Positions 9,117 through 18,666 are shown, numbered from the stretch's first letter. The stretch: 64,000 nucleotides of DNA from Parcubacteria group bacterium (GCA_028286605.1 JAQBRE010000002.1:262011-326010); one strand, 5' to 3'. A program made the numbers and translations. The notes: a model not told the origin generated them from the sequence alone.

Positions 9117-9797
9117 ATGATCTATTTCGACAAGGTGACGAAGCTCTACCGAGACGGGACTCCTGCTCTTGAAGACATCACCCTCTCGATCGCTCCTAAG
9201 GAATTCGTTTCAATCGTCGGCCACTCCGGCGCAGGAAAGACGACACTTCTTAAAATGCTTCTCGTTGAAGAAGCGCCTACAGAAGGCACTATCTATTTCG
9301 AATCAACCGATGTGCACTCATTGCCAAAGAGCATGCTGCACCACTATCGTCGCAAGATCGGCATGGTCTTCCAGGACTTCCGTCTTATTCCGAATAAGAC
9401 CGCATACGAGAACATTGCGTTCGCGATGGAAGCGGCAGGCCGTCCCGATGACGAGATCGCATCAGACGTGCCGCACATACTTGATCTTGTGGACCTCACG
9501 AGCAAGGGCGGCCACTTTCCGCATCAGCTTTCCGGCGGCGAGCAGCAGCGCGTCGCTATCGGCCGCGCTATCGTGAATCAGCCGGACCTCATCGTTGCCG
9601 ATGAGCCGACGGGCAACCTCGACCCGGTGAACACGTACGAGATCGTCGAGATCCTTAAGAAGATCAACGAGCTCGGCACCACCGTGCTTATTACGACGCA
9701 CAATAAGGGTGTCGTGGATGCGATGGGGAAGCGCGTTATTACTATGGAGCGCGGACGCATCGTGCGTGACGATGCGCACGGACAATATATTCTTTAG
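9117..9797 (+). CDS. ftsE: Cell-division ABC ATPase FtsE
   Basis: Walker A GHSGAGKTT, signature LSGGEQQRV, Walker B LIVADEPTGNLD; 226 aa directly followed by ftsX. Confidence 0.9.
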   Translation: MIYFDKVTKLYRDGTPALEDITLSIAPKEFVSIVGHSGAGKTTLLKMLLVEEAPTEGTIYFESTDVHSLPKSMLHHYRRKIGMVFQDFRLIPNKTAYENIAFAMEAAGRPDDEIASDVPHILDLVDLTSKGGHFPHQLSGGEQQRVAIGRAIVNQPDLIVADEPTGNLDPVNTYEIVEILKKINELGTTVLITTHNKGVVDAMGKRVITMERGRIVRDDAHGQYIL

Positions 9798-9800
9798 CCT

Positions 9801-10712
9801 ATGTTGATGACTTTCAAGCGAATCCTTGCAGCCGGCGCGACCTCATTCGCGCGTAGCGGGCTCGTGTCCTTCGCGACCGTCCTTATCATGACGGTAACGC
9901 TCATCATCGTCGGTACGCTCCTGCTGCTTTCTGCGGTGCTCACCAACACGCTTGCATCCATCCAGAACAAAGTGGATGTGAACGTATATTTCACGACGGC
10001 TGCGCAGGCAAGCGAAGTACAGGATGTGCAGAGCCGCTTGCAGCAGCGCCCTGACGTTGCTGCCGTAACATTTACGTCTGCGGACGACGCGCTCGCGCAA
10101 TTCCGCCAGAACCATACATCCGACACGCTTACGCTTCAGGCGCTCGACCAGCTCGGCGGTAACCCGCTCGGTGCATCGCTCGCCGTTCGCGCGAAAGACC
10201 CTTCGCAGTACGCGGCTATCGTAACGTTCCTTCAGAATGACTCTGCTGCGAGCAGTATCATCGACCGCATCAATTACGCGCAGAACAAGGTGATTATCGA
10301 CCGCCTTACGAATGCCATAAAAGCGACGCAGGAAGCAGGGCTCGCTATTGCGCTTCTCTTCGCTATCGCTTCCGTGGTTATCGCTCTCGCTACCGTGCGC
10401 CTCGCGATATACAGCGCACGCGACGAAATCGCCGTCATGCGACTCGTGGGTGCGTCTAACACCTACATCCGCGGCCCGTTCATCGTTGCAGGAATCATAT
10501 CGGGCCTTATTTCAGGGCTCATCGCGCTGGCATTCTTCTTCCCGATAGCTTGGTATGCGGGCCGCTCCTTCACTGAATGGCTCGGCGGCTTCAATCTCTT
10601 TACGTATTACGTTTCTAACTTCCCGTACATCTTCCTGGTTATCATCGGTTCTGGTTTCGGGCTTGGCGCGATCGCTTCATTCTTAGCAGTGCGTCGTTAT
10701 CTGCGGATCTGA
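9801..10712 (+). CDS. ftsX: Cell-division permease-like protein FtsX
   Basis: N-terminal TM, a periplasmic domain and 3 C-terminal TM helices; its position after ftsE fits. Confidence 0.85.
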   Translation: MLMTFKRILAAGATSFARSGLVSFATVLIMTVTLIIVGTLLLLSAVLTNTLASIQNKVDVNVYFTTAAQASEVQDVQSRLQQRPDVAAVTFTSADDALAQFRQNHTSDTLTLQALDQLGGNPLGASLAVRAKDPSQYAAIVTFLQNDSAASSIIDRINYAQNKVIIDRLTNAIKATQEAGLAIALLFAIASVVIALATVRLAIYSARDEIAVMRLVGASNTYIRGPFIVAGIISGLISGLIALAFFFPIAWYAGRSFTEWLGGFNLFTYYVSNFPYIFLVIIGSGFGLGAIASFLAVRRYLRI

Positions 10713-10722
10713 TTCTGGGCGT

Positions 10723-12372
10723 ATGGCAATCGAAGGACACAAATACATATTCGTTCTCGGGGGCGTGATGTCCGGCGTCGGCAAAGGAGTCGCCGCTTCG
10801 AGCATGGGGCTTATCCTGCAGCAGCGCGGCTTCGGTGTTAACCTCGTTAAGGTTGATCCGTATCTGAACGTTGACGCAGGTACGATGAATCCGACTGAGC
10901 ACGGCGAAGTATTCGTACTGAAGAGCGGCCTCGAGACCGACCAGGACATGGGTAACTACGAGCGCTTTCTGAACCGCGACCTCGGCCCTGAGGATTACAT
11001 GACGAGCGGCATGGTGTATCAGAGCGTTATCAATCGTGAACGCGCGCTCGAATACGGCGGCAAGTGCATCGAAGCTATTCCGCACGTCCGCGACGAGATC
11101 CTTGCGCGCATCGAAGCTGCGGCTGCCAATAATGGCAGCCGCATTTCTGTGATCGAGATAGGCGGCACCGTGGGTGATTTCCAAAACGCACTTTTCATCG
11201 AAGCCGCACGCGTGCTCCGTCTTACACGCCCTGATGATGTGCGTTTCGTGATGGTTTCATACCTGCCGGTGCCGAACACGCTCGGCGAGATGAAGACGAA
11301 GCCAACGCAGAGCGCCGTACGCGAGCTCAACTCATACGGCGTGCAGCCGGATTTCATCATTGCGCGCAGCAATGGCCCGATGGATGCGAAGCGAAAAGAG
11401 AAGCTCGCTATCTGGTGCAATGTGCGTCCGGATCACATCATCTCTGCGCCGGATGTCGATTCCATCTACGACGTGCCGCTTAACTTCGAGAAAGATAATC
11501 TTGGCGACCTGCTGCTGAACGCGCTCTCGCTTCCAAAGGAAACGAAGGCAGATTTCACTGAGTGGCAGAAGTTCGTGAATAATACGAAGATCACGACACC
11601 TGAACTCAAGATCGGCATCGTCGGGAAATATTTTGATACGGGTGATTTCGTCCTTTCCGATGCATACCTTTCAGTTATCGAGGCATTGAAGTTCTCGGGC
11701 GCTGCGCTTCAGGTGAAGCCGAAGATCGAATGGATCAATGCGAAGAGTATAGAGAAGGATGGGCCGGCAGCGCTTGCCGGATTCGCAGGCATCATCGTGC
11801 CAGGTGGTTTCGGAGAAACCGGCATCGAAGGAAAGATCATTGCGGCGAAGTATTGCCGTGAGAATAAGATTCCGTATTTCGGCCTTTGCTACGGCATGCA
11901 CATGCTCGTCATTGAATATGCACGTAACGTGCTCGGTCTTGATGGTGCGCATACCGTAGAGATAGATCCGAAGACGCAATACCCTGTGGTGGATGTAATG
12001 CCTGATCAGAAGAGGCTCATTGCTGAAGGGAAGTATGGAGGCACCATGCGCTTAGGTACGTATCCTGCAAAACTTGGCGAGGGTACCATTGCCAGCGACG
12101 CCTACGGCGTCGCTCAGGTAGACGAACGTCACCGCCATCGCTACGAGATAAATCCTGAATACGTCCCGCAGCTCATTGAGAAAGGTCTCGTGTTCTCTGG
12201 TACTTCGCCAGACGGCGTGCTTATGGAAATCGCAGAGCTACCTAAGAGCGAACACCCGTTCATGCTCGGCTGTCAATTCCATCCTGAACTGCAGGCACGT
12301 CCGCTCGCGCCGCACCCGCTCTTCACCGCCTTCCTTACGGCAGCAATAGATACGAACGGTGCTTCCGCGTAG
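10723..12372 (+). CDS. pyrG: CTP synthase
   Basis: N-terminus KYIFVLGGVMSGVGKG; glutamine amidotransferase domain with GLCYGMH in the C-terminus; 549 aa. Confidence 0.95.
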   Translation: MAIEGHKYIFVLGGVMSGVGKGVAASSMGLILQQRGFGVNLVKVDPYLNVDAGTMNPTEHGEVFVLKSGLETDQDMGNYERFLNRDLGPEDYMTSGMVYQSVINRERALEYGGKCIEAIPHVRDEILARIEAAAANNGSRISVIEIGGTVGDFQNALFIEAARVLRLTRPDDVRFVMVSYLPVPNTLGEMKTKPTQSAVRELNSYGVQPDFIIARSNGPMDAKRKEKLAIWCNVRPDHIISAPDVDSIYDVPLNFEKDNLGDLLLNALSLPKETKADFTEWQKFVNNTKITTPELKIGIVGKYFDTGDFVLSDAYLSVIEALKFSGAALQVKPKIEWINAKSIEKDGPAALAGFAGIIVPGGFGETGIEGKIIAAKYCRENKIPYFGLCYGMHMLVIEYARNVLGLDGAHTVEIDPKTQYPVVDVMPDQKRLIAEGKYGGTMRLGTYPAKLGEGTIASDAYGVAQVDERHRHRYEINPEYVPQLIEKGLVFSGTSPDGVLMEIAELPKSEHPFMLGCQFHPELQARPLAPHPLFTAFLTAAIDTNGASA

Positions 12373-12443
12373 TTGATTTATTTAGCATTTGTATTGAAAT
12401 ACATAGTGCGCTATAGTGCCTCAGGGAAAAAGGAGTATGTACG

Positions 12444-12704
12444 ATGATACATCCGATAGATATTCATATTGGCAAACGTCTTCGCAGGCGCCGGAAGTTT
12501 TTGGGACATTCGCTCAAGCAGGTCGGCCTTTCTTGCGGCGTTACCTATCATGTAATCAATAACTATGAGTCCGGAAGGAATCCGATGAGAGCGTCATTCC
12601 TTTTGCCGCTCTCCCAAGCTCTTGATGTTCCGGTGGGATACTTTTTCGAAGGGTTCGAAGAAACGCGGCCTGTCGAAAGCGAGCACAACACCGCAGCGAA
12701 CTAA
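12444..12704 (+). CDS. XRE-family HTH transcriptional regulator (small)
   Basis: 86 aa; RBS AAAGGAG 8 nt upstream; HTH-like segment LKQVGLSCGVTYHVINNYESG. Confidence 0.55.
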   Translation: MIHPIDIHIGKRLRRRRKFLGHSLKQVGLSCGVTYHVINNYESGRNPMRASFLLPLSQALDVPVGYFFEGFEETRPVESEHNTAAN

Positions 12705-12734
12705 TTCTGCACCACGTCGTGCCTTTCTGGCACC

Positions 12735-12763
12735 AAAGCCGGCGACCTTGTCGCCGGCTTTTT
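12735..12763. terminator. Intrinsic terminator
   Basis: AAAGCCGGCGAC-CTT-GTCGCCGGCTTTTT. Confidence 0.7.
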
Positions 12764-12857
12764 GCATGGTAATTAAGCATGCTTTTGCACGTCTTATCCT
12801 TTTAGACGCTCCCACGCTGATATACTGTATGCATTACCTCGCCGTAACCTCGAACCT

Positions 12858-13118
12858 ATGTCACAGATGTCCAAGAATGAAAAAATCACGATCGCCGTTT
12901 TCATCGTGCTCGTGCTGGCCGGCCTCGGCTATTACTGGTATCAGCATGATATGACTCCGAAGACTGCGGCTACCTTCGTGAATACACCCGCAACGCTTCC
13001 TTCTGGTTCGAGTACTTCTGATCAGAGCCTTCAGCAGGACACTGCTGCAATCGATAGCCAAATGAGCGGACTCTCAAGCGATCAGGCAACCGTTAATTCC
13101 TCAGTGAGCGCTAACTAA
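12858..13118 (+). CDS. Small N-terminally anchored secreted protein, Ser/Thr-rich (hypothetical)
   Basis: 86 aa; TM ITIAVFIVLVLAGLGYYW followed by a low-complexity S/T/Q tail. Confidence 0.4.
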   Translation: MSQMSKNEKITIAVFIVLVLAGLGYYWYQHDMTPKTAATFVNTPATLPSGSSTSDQSLQQDTAAIDSQMSGLSSDQATVNSSVSAN

Positions 13119-13128
13119 TTATTTACGT

Positions 13129-14124
13129 ATGAAAAATATTCCAACCTCCGCACTCGCGCTTTCGCTTCTCATCGCAGCAGCGCCATTCGCTGCATTCGCT
13201 GAAGACTCCGGTGCTTCCGTAAACGTTTCTGCAAACGCGCAGGTGCAAAGCAGCACGAGCGGCTCTCATGATGGTGCTTCTGACAACAGTGGTCCAGACA
13301 AGGGCGGAATCATCAAGATCAGCGATGATCTGAAAGGGCTCTTCGGTGCAGGCGCGGTTCGCGCTCATGTAGAGGCGAATCATGAGGCTTCGACCAGTGA
13401 TATTCATGCGAACCTTCATGCCGGCGCGAACGCATCAACGACCCCTCGCGCTCCACACCCTACGGCTAATGGCGCACAGGCACGTGCGCGCGGCGATGCA
13501 GAAGTAGATGGCCGCATCGCGAACCTCACTAAGATGATCGCACGCCTTGGTGATGCGCAGCGTCTTTCGTCTGACGCGAAAGCATCACTCACTGCGTCAC
13601 TGAATGCGCAGATCGCGTCACTTACGAATCTTAAGACAGACATAGACACCGGCGCGAGCACCACGCTTAAGACGGATGACCAGTCTATAACGAAAGATTT
13701 CCGCGTGTATGCGCTTGTTATGCCGCAGGCAGCGATCAATGCCGCATCAGACCGCATCATGACTCTCGTTGCAGATATGCAGGCGCTCTCTGCGAAGATC
13801 AGTACCCGTATCAGCGCGGCAAGCGCGGCCGGAGCTGATGTAACGGCAGCAACCGCAGCGCATACGGACTTCGATGCTAAGGTAGCAGACGCAAGCGTGC
13901 AGGCACAGGCAGCAGTATCTGAAGTCGTGAATCTCAAGCCGGATAATGGCGATACGACTATTCTTGCTTCGAATACCGCATCGCTCAAGGATGCGAAGAC
14001 CAAGATCGACGCTGCGCAGGCAGACCTCAAAGCCGCTCGTGCAGACCTCGCCACCATCCTTAAGGGCGTAAAAGGAAAGGGAGAAGTGAAGGCAGGGGCA
14101 AGCGCTTCTACCACCGCGCAGTAG
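13129..14124 (+). CDS. Secreted Ala-rich coiled-coil protein (hypothetical)
   Basis: Signal peptide MKNIPTSALALSLLIAAAPFAAFA; 331 aa of A/S/T/D-rich heptad-like sequence. Confidence 0.55.
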   Translation: MKNIPTSALALSLLIAAAPFAAFAEDSGASVNVSANAQVQSSTSGSHDGASDNSGPDKGGIIKISDDLKGLFGAGAVRAHVEANHEASTSDIHANLHAGANASTTPRAPHPTANGAQARARGDAEVDGRIANLTKMIARLGDAQRLSSDAKASLTASLNAQIASLTNLKTDIDTGASTTLKTDDQSITKDFRVYALVMPQAAINAASDRIMTLVADMQALSAKISTRISAASAAGADVTAATAAHTDFDAKVADASVQAQAAVSEVVNLKPDNGDTTILASNTASLKDAKTKIDAAQADLKAARADLATILKGVKGKGEVKAGASASTTAQ

Positions 14125-14158
14125 GATACACTATACCTATACAAACCTAATCACTCGT

Positions 14159-14578
14159 ATGGTACCTATTAATCTTATGGCTGTGCTCGTAGCCGCTATC
14201 GTCACCATGGTGCTCGGCTATATCTGGTTCGGTCCGCTCTTCGGCAAGCTCTGGATGCGTCTCAATGGCTTCACTATGGAAACGATGTCTGCGCAGAAGG
14301 GCAAGATGGCGCAGATGTATATCATCATGTTCATCGGTGCTCTCGTAACGGCATATGTGCTCGCAGGCGTTCACATCTTCGCTTCAACGTATCTAAATAT
14401 CGGCGGCATCGATTCAGGTATCCTCGCAGGCTTCATGAGCTGGCTCGGCTTCACTGCGCCGGTAACCGTGAACTACACGCTTACCACGCAGAAGTCGTGG
14501 AAGCTCTGGGCTGTCAATTCCGGGTACTATCTCGTCTCCTTCGTGGTGATGGGTATTATCCTCGCGGTCTGGGCGTAG
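14159..14578 (+). CDS. DUF1761-like membrane protein
   Basis: N-terminus INLMAVLVAAIVTMVLGYIWFGPLFGKLWM matches the DUF1761 pattern from memory; 4 TM helices. Confidence 0.55.
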   Translation: MVPINLMAVLVAAIVTMVLGYIWFGPLFGKLWMRLNGFTMETMSAQKGKMAQMYIIMFIGALVTAYVLAGVHIFASTYLNIGGIDSGILAGFMSWLGFTAPVTVNYTLTTQKSWKLWAVNSGYYLVSFVVMGIILAVWA

Positions 14579-14584
14579 GCATCT

Positions 14585-14616
14585 AAAAACGAGCCCTTGA
14601 ACTAGGGCTCGTTTTT
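14585..14616. terminator. Intrinsic terminator
   Basis: AAAAACGAGCCC-TTGAACTA-GGGCTCGTTTTT. Confidence 0.75.
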
Positions 14617-14658
14617 AGGTATTGTGTTTGAGCACGACGGCTTCGGCCGTTCTGCTAT

Positions 14659-14729
14659 TGCGGGATCGTCTAATGGTAGGACTGCGGTTTCTGGTACCGT
14701 ATATCTAGGTTCGAGTCCTAGTCCCGCAG
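14659..14729 (+). tRNA. tRNA-Gln (anticodon CTG)
   Basis: U1-A72 acceptor TGCGGGA/TCCCGCA with discriminator G; anticodon stem GCGGT/ACCGT and loop TTCTGGT; T-arm CTAGG-TTCGAGT-CCTAG; no CCA encoded. Confidence 0.8.
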
Positions 14730-15084
14730 CTCGCTAACTGTAGTCATCAAAGTTATATAAAAAGAAAACCGCCCTCTCGTCGAAACGAAAGGGTTGTTTT
14801 CGTTTCGCCTATGGGCGGTCATTTAGATTTCCGAATCTCAAAAGATTCACAAAGGTGCAGCTCACGAAGCAATACTCTTGAGTACTTAGAAAATATGTTC
14901 CAGTACTTGTGAACTGAATATAGTTATTACGACTTTTCGGCAGCCCCCAATTCGGTCGTTGCATAATTGGGATCGTCAATTCAGTCACGTCACCTACTCG
15001 TGCAGGCTCGTTTGACGGGTCATGCGCCGATGCTTCCCCTCATATCTACAACATTCAATTCTCCTTGTGTTGTTAAGGCTTCAC

Positions 15085-15459
15085 TCAATCACTGAAGGAC
15101 AGATCATAGAGTGTATCTTCAAACCATTTGAAGATTTGTGGCCATAATGCTTGATGAGGACAGCTCGGGCTAGTCCACCACCGACGAACGCTGGTGATGT
15201 TATACCCCATGCTTTCAGCAAGCATACGATCCCAACCGGGCTTGGTAGAAAAGATCTCCACCAGCATCCGCTTGAAACCTTCCCGACGCAACGGGTTTTC
15301 CTTACTGACTTCCATCTTCGTGCTTTGCACGAGAAGACGAAGGCTTTCATGAACCTGCCGTCGAGAGTTTCTGAGACGTTCGATTGCTTCATCGAACGGA
15401 ATAGGCTCTTTCAAAAAGATCACCTCCTTTCGTGCCAAGTAGGCTGTGTATTTATACAC
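15085..15459 (-). CDS. Hypothetical protein with C-terminal HTH-like segment
   Basis: 124 aa; MLAESMGYNITSVRRWW resembles a DNA-binding HTH; divergent from the GNAT gene across repeat copy A. Confidence 0.4.
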   Translation of the reverse strand: MYKYTAYLARKEVIFLKEPIPFDEAIERLRNSRRQVHESLRLLVQSTKMEVSKENPLRREGFKRMLVEIFSTKPGWDRMLAESMGYNITSVRRWWTSPSCPHQALWPQIFKWFEDTLYDLSFSD

Positions 15460-15471
15460 TTGTAATATATT

Positions 15472-15530
15472 TTGTCAAAGATGGCCTAAACAAAGGATTT
15501 CGGTTCGAATAACGTTCCAGACTGCCAGCT
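15472..15530 (+). repeat. Cassette-boundary direct repeat, copy A (TTGTCAAA...TTTCGGTTCGAATAACGTTCCAGACTGCCAGCT)
   Basis: Aligned by eye with copies B, C and D; ends about 15 nt before the GNAT start. Confidence 0.7.
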
Positions 15531-15544
15531 AGTGATATTCTAGG

Positions 15545-15994
15545 GTGATGATAATTCGAGAACTTCGACAGGAAGATATCTCTGCAGTTGAGGAGATCTT
15601 TGATCTGTACTGGTCAGGAGAATTTCGCGCCCATCTTTCCGAACGTCTGCACTCATCTGATTTGCAATGGACTGTTGCAGAAGAGAACACTGAAATAGTC
15701 GGAGTTGCAGCATCTCGTGAAGCGCCAACAAGAATGCGAAAATACGCAAAGACGGACAGGGTAGTGGAATTTTATATCGCTGCAGCAAAATATAAAGGAA
15801 GGGGTATCGGTACTGCTCTGCGGAATGCTCGGATTGAACAGGCACGAAAAGACGACTTTAAGGAAGTGGTATTTTTCAGTGGCGATACGCATCAAGACTC
15901 GTGGAACTTCCATGACGCCTCAGAGTTTAGGAGGGTTGGAGAGGAGATCGCTCCTGACGGGGAAACTGGCATGATTTGGCTAATGGATCTTTAA
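15545..15994 (+). CDS. GNAT family N-acetyltransferase
   Basis: 149 aa; acetyl-CoA binding-like region AAKYKGRGIGTALRNA; GTG-ATG at the start (ATG at 15548 is likelier). Confidence 0.7.
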   Translation: MMIIRELRQEDISAVEEIFDLYWSGEFRAHLSERLHSSDLQWTVAEENTEIVGVAASREAPTRMRKYAKTDRVVEFYIAAAKYKGRGIGTALRNARIEQARKDDFKEVVFFSGDTHQDSWNFHDASEFRRVGEEIAPDGETGMIWLMDL

Positions 15995-15999
15995 GGAAA

Positions 16000-16029
16000 G
16001 TTCTCGCGTCGTATCAAACCGCCAGCTCG
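16000..16029 (+). repeat. Degenerate copy E of the boundary repeat (GTTCTCGCGTCGTATCAAACCGCCAGCTCG)
   Basis: Shares the GTTC..CGTC....C.GCCAGCTCG core with copies B and D; sits 6 nt after the GNAT stop. Confidence 0.5.
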
Positions 16030-16102
16030 TTAATTTTAGTCATTGTAAATAAAAGAAACCGCCCGAACCGTAAGGAACGGGCAGTTCCTTTTGGTTGGAC
16101 GG

Positions 16103-16519
16103 TTAGCGAAATTCGCGAAGCCATTCGCACGCGTTCTTGACGACTTCGGGCAACATGCCGGGCTTAAACCACTTGCCCTGGTATCGTTGATGATCTCTGA
16201 GCAGGAAATTACCCACTTCTCCTTCGTAGGAAAAGAAGCAGCCGGCGGTCATAAGCATTTTGCCTTTCACGCCGCCATAGGCGGGATAGTACCCGTCCTG
16301 CTGCGTCACGTCGAAGACGTGAACCGCATAGGCATTGTGCGCAGACGGGCCCTGCGAGAGGTCGAGTGCGCAGCTATCGACACGCACGACGCATTTACCG
16401 CGAAGTCTCGAGTGACGCTCAAGCTCACGCTCAAGCATCTCCTTGATGGTGTTGGCGCAGGAAAGCGCCATACGCGTGTCGGGTTTCTCCAAGACGGTAG
16501 TCGACATGACAATCTCCAA
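16103..16519 (-). CDS. Hypothetical protein
   Basis: 138 aa ORF on the opposite strand inside the cassette region; no motif recognised. Confidence 0.4.
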   Translation of the reverse strand: MEIVMSTTVLEKPDTRMALSCANTIKEMLERELERHSRLRGKCVVRVDSCALDLSQGPSAHNAYAVHVFDVTQQDGYYPAYGGVKGKMLMTAGCFFSYEGEVGNFLLRDHQRYQGKWFKPGMLPEVVKNACEWLREFR

Positions 16520-16572
16520 TCAGTGTGAGGCTAGGGCTGTTCTGGGAAGAATCATGGTATATTTAATGCTAT

Positions 16573-16631
16573 TTGTCAAATACAACCTAGACACTCAATT
16601 TCGGTTCGAATATCGTCCCAGACGGCCAGCT
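16573..16631 (+). repeat. Cassette-boundary direct repeat, copy B
   Basis: TTGTCAAATACAACCTAGACACTCAATTTCGGTTCGAATATCGTCCCAGACGGCCAGCT; a 34-nt core identical to copy C. Confidence 0.75.
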
Positions 16632-16728
16632 CGACACTTTCAATAAATAATTGTATATTCATTTCGATCTCAATGGTGAGGTTATGAACCATAGCCGACT
16701 CCCACGAGGATAGGCGACTGGAGGAACG

Positions 16729-17283
16729 ATGTACATTCGAGAAGCTAAAAAACTTGCACAGGCGCTTGCGCCGATCCTGAAGGACCGCGTGCTCGTGCGA
16801 TATGCCGTACAGGGGTGGGGTAAAGTTAGTTACACTGCGGAGCTTGTCGTGGTGGCGACGATCGGTGGCGAGGATTTTCTTTACCAAGCGCAAATCACAT
16901 TGCTGGTTGTGCGCGGTATTACGCAGATCGAGTCGGATTTTAGGCTGCTGAGCCTCAAGACCCAGCCTGACATTCTCGAAAGCGTCACTGAAAGGTGGCT
17001 TAGAAGGAGTGCTGACGACTGGTGTCATGGCGAGCAATTCATGGGCGCCTATGAAATCCTTCGTGACGGACAGCTCTATACTTCGGTCAAGCTTCCGCCA
17101 TTTGATCCCCGTTGGCATCTTCTGGTTGGAGTAATCCTGAGTGAGCTTGGGGCGCAGCAGGGCAAGGTGAACCCGCGAAATGCGGTAGACACCGGCAGCA
17201 TCAATCTAATGAACAAGCGTTATTCTGCCTTCGCTGCCGAAAGTATTTCTGGCTGGGCTCATCAGACTTTTTCGGCGCACTAG
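16729..17283 (+). CDS. Hypothetical protein
   Basis: 184 aa ORF following copy B; no motif recognised. Confidence 0.5.
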   Translation: MYIREAKKLAQALAPILKDRVLVRYAVQGWGKVSYTAELVVVATIGGEDFLYQAQITLLVVRGITQIESDFRLLSLKTQPDILESVTERWLRRSADDWCHGEQFMGAYEILRDGQLYTSVKLPPFDPRWHLLVGVILSELGAQQGKVNPRNAVDTGSINLMNKRYSAFAAESISGWAHQTFSAH

Positions 17284-17347
17284 GCGTATTCCTATCGATA
17301 TAGTTCAGAGCCACTCGAAAGGGTGGCTCTTCAATTTGTATGTTATA

Positions 17348-17396
17348 TGCATTTAAATAAGCATTTCGGTTCGAATATCGTCCCAGACGGCCAGCT
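17348..17396 (+). repeat. Cassette-boundary direct repeat, copy C (left half diverged)
   Basis: ATTTCGGTTCGAATATCGTCCCAGACGGCCAGCT identical to copy B; ends 25 nt before the kinase ATG. Confidence 0.75.
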
Positions 17397-17421
17397 TCTG
17401 TTTTCATGCTCTAATAGTGCT

Positions 17422-18003
17422 ATGCGTGAACATAAAGGAAAGCGACTCTGCATAAGTGGTATTCCGACCGCAGGCAAATCAACTCTAACTAAGAAGCTTG
17501 CTGAAACCGTAAACGGGATCAGTGTATTTCTTGATGATTTTCGAGAAGAACTTGCCTCAGACGAACGCTATATAAAGTGGATCAACTTTTATATCGATCA
17601 GGATCTTGAAACATATTACACAACCACAACTCCTGAGGACGAATGGAAGAATCTGGTCGCTCAATCAGAAGCAATGTGGCCAGCATTTCTAGAACGAATT
17701 AATTCGTATGCAGATGAGGAACGATCAGTCATATTTGAATGCGTAAACTTGCTGCCACATCTTATAAAGAGAGATTTAGGCTTTCCCTGTGTAGTACTTA
17801 TTGGTTCTTCCTACGATGAAACATTGGAGCGTAATAAACGAGAGCCTCGATGGGGAGGCGCAGAACGTGAGCTTGAATTGAACTCGAAGAGCTTCTTTTA
17901 CGTTGAGCGTCCGCATTATCTCGAAGAAGCCGAAAAGTATGGGTATCCTGTATTCGAGACATCTGAAGAAGCTTTTCCATTAGCCTTAGATCTTCTGAAG
18001 TAA
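17422..18003 (+). CDS. P-loop NTPase / nucleotide-kinase-like protein
   Basis: Walker A GIPTAGKST at the N-terminus (MREHKGKRLCISGIPTAGKSTLTKKLAE). The track ORF 17323.. runs through repeat copy C, so ATG 17422 is the likelier start. Confidence 0.6.
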   Translation: MREHKGKRLCISGIPTAGKSTLTKKLAETVNGISVFLDDFREELASDERYIKWINFYIDQDLETYYTTTTPEDEWKNLVAQSEAMWPAFLERINSYADEERSVIFECVNLLPHLIKRDLGFPCVVLIGSSYDETLERNKREPRWGGAERELELNSKSFFYVERPHYLEEAEKYGYPVFETSEEAFPLALDLLK

Positions 18004-18033
18004 GGTTCCCACGTCGTACCAAACTCCCATCTG
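18004..18033 (+). repeat. Degenerate copy F of the boundary repeat (GGTTCCCACGTCGTACCAAACTCCCATCTG)
   Basis: Similar to copy E (GTTCyCrCGTCGTAyCAAAC); starts 1 nt after the kinase stop. Confidence 0.45.
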
Positions 18034-18108
18034 AGGGCGATAGATAAGCATTTTTCTATCTTAGTAATAGAAAACCCGCCGAGACGGAAGGTTTTCCATC
18101 TCAGCGGG

Positions 18109-18666
18109 CTAGCGAACGCAGAGAAACGCGATGAAGCTGTTGAGCGCGATAGCGCCCCAGGGCACGGCCGTGTGGGCCACGTCCTGTTTCTTGGCTCCAT
18201 AGATCGAGAGCGCGCAGCTGACGATCGTGACGAGCCAGAGCCATGTCGTCGAAGACTGCGGCGTGTGCCAGTAGTCCACAATGAGCGGCACGGTCGCGAC
18301 AATGAAGGCGATCACGAAGGCGAAGATCGCAATCTCCGCACTGAGTGTGAGCCACAGCACTACGGCAATGAAGCAGAGCACGAGTGATGCCGATTCCACG
18401 ATGCCCCAGTGCCACGGACTCCGTCCCGCCAAGATGGCGATCAGGATAAGGCATGCAGCTGAGAGCCAGGCGATCTGTAGCAGCGGCAACTTGTTGCCGC
18501 CCCTGATGACCAGGAACAGGCCGAGCGCATCGAGCAGGACAGTCATCCCCCAGGTCGCCACGTTCTGCGGCACTCCCGTTTGATAAATAGTCCAGGCGAA
18601 GTAGGTCGGGGCAGCGAATCCAAGGATGCCGCTTGCCCAGTTGGCGTATTGCTTAGAGCGGTCCAT
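18109..18666 (-). CDS. Hypothetical polytopic membrane protein
   Basis: 185 aa with about 6 hydrophobic helices. Confidence 0.5.
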   Translation of the reverse strand: MDRSKQYANWASGILGFAAPTYFAWTIYQTGVPQNVATWGMTVLLDALGLFLVIRGGNKLPLLQIAWLSAACLILIAILAGRSPWHWGIVESASLVLCFIAVVLWLTLSAEIAIFAFVIAFIVATVPLIVDYWHTPQSSTTWLWLVTIVSCALSIYGAKKQDVAHTAVPWGAIALNSFIAFLCVR

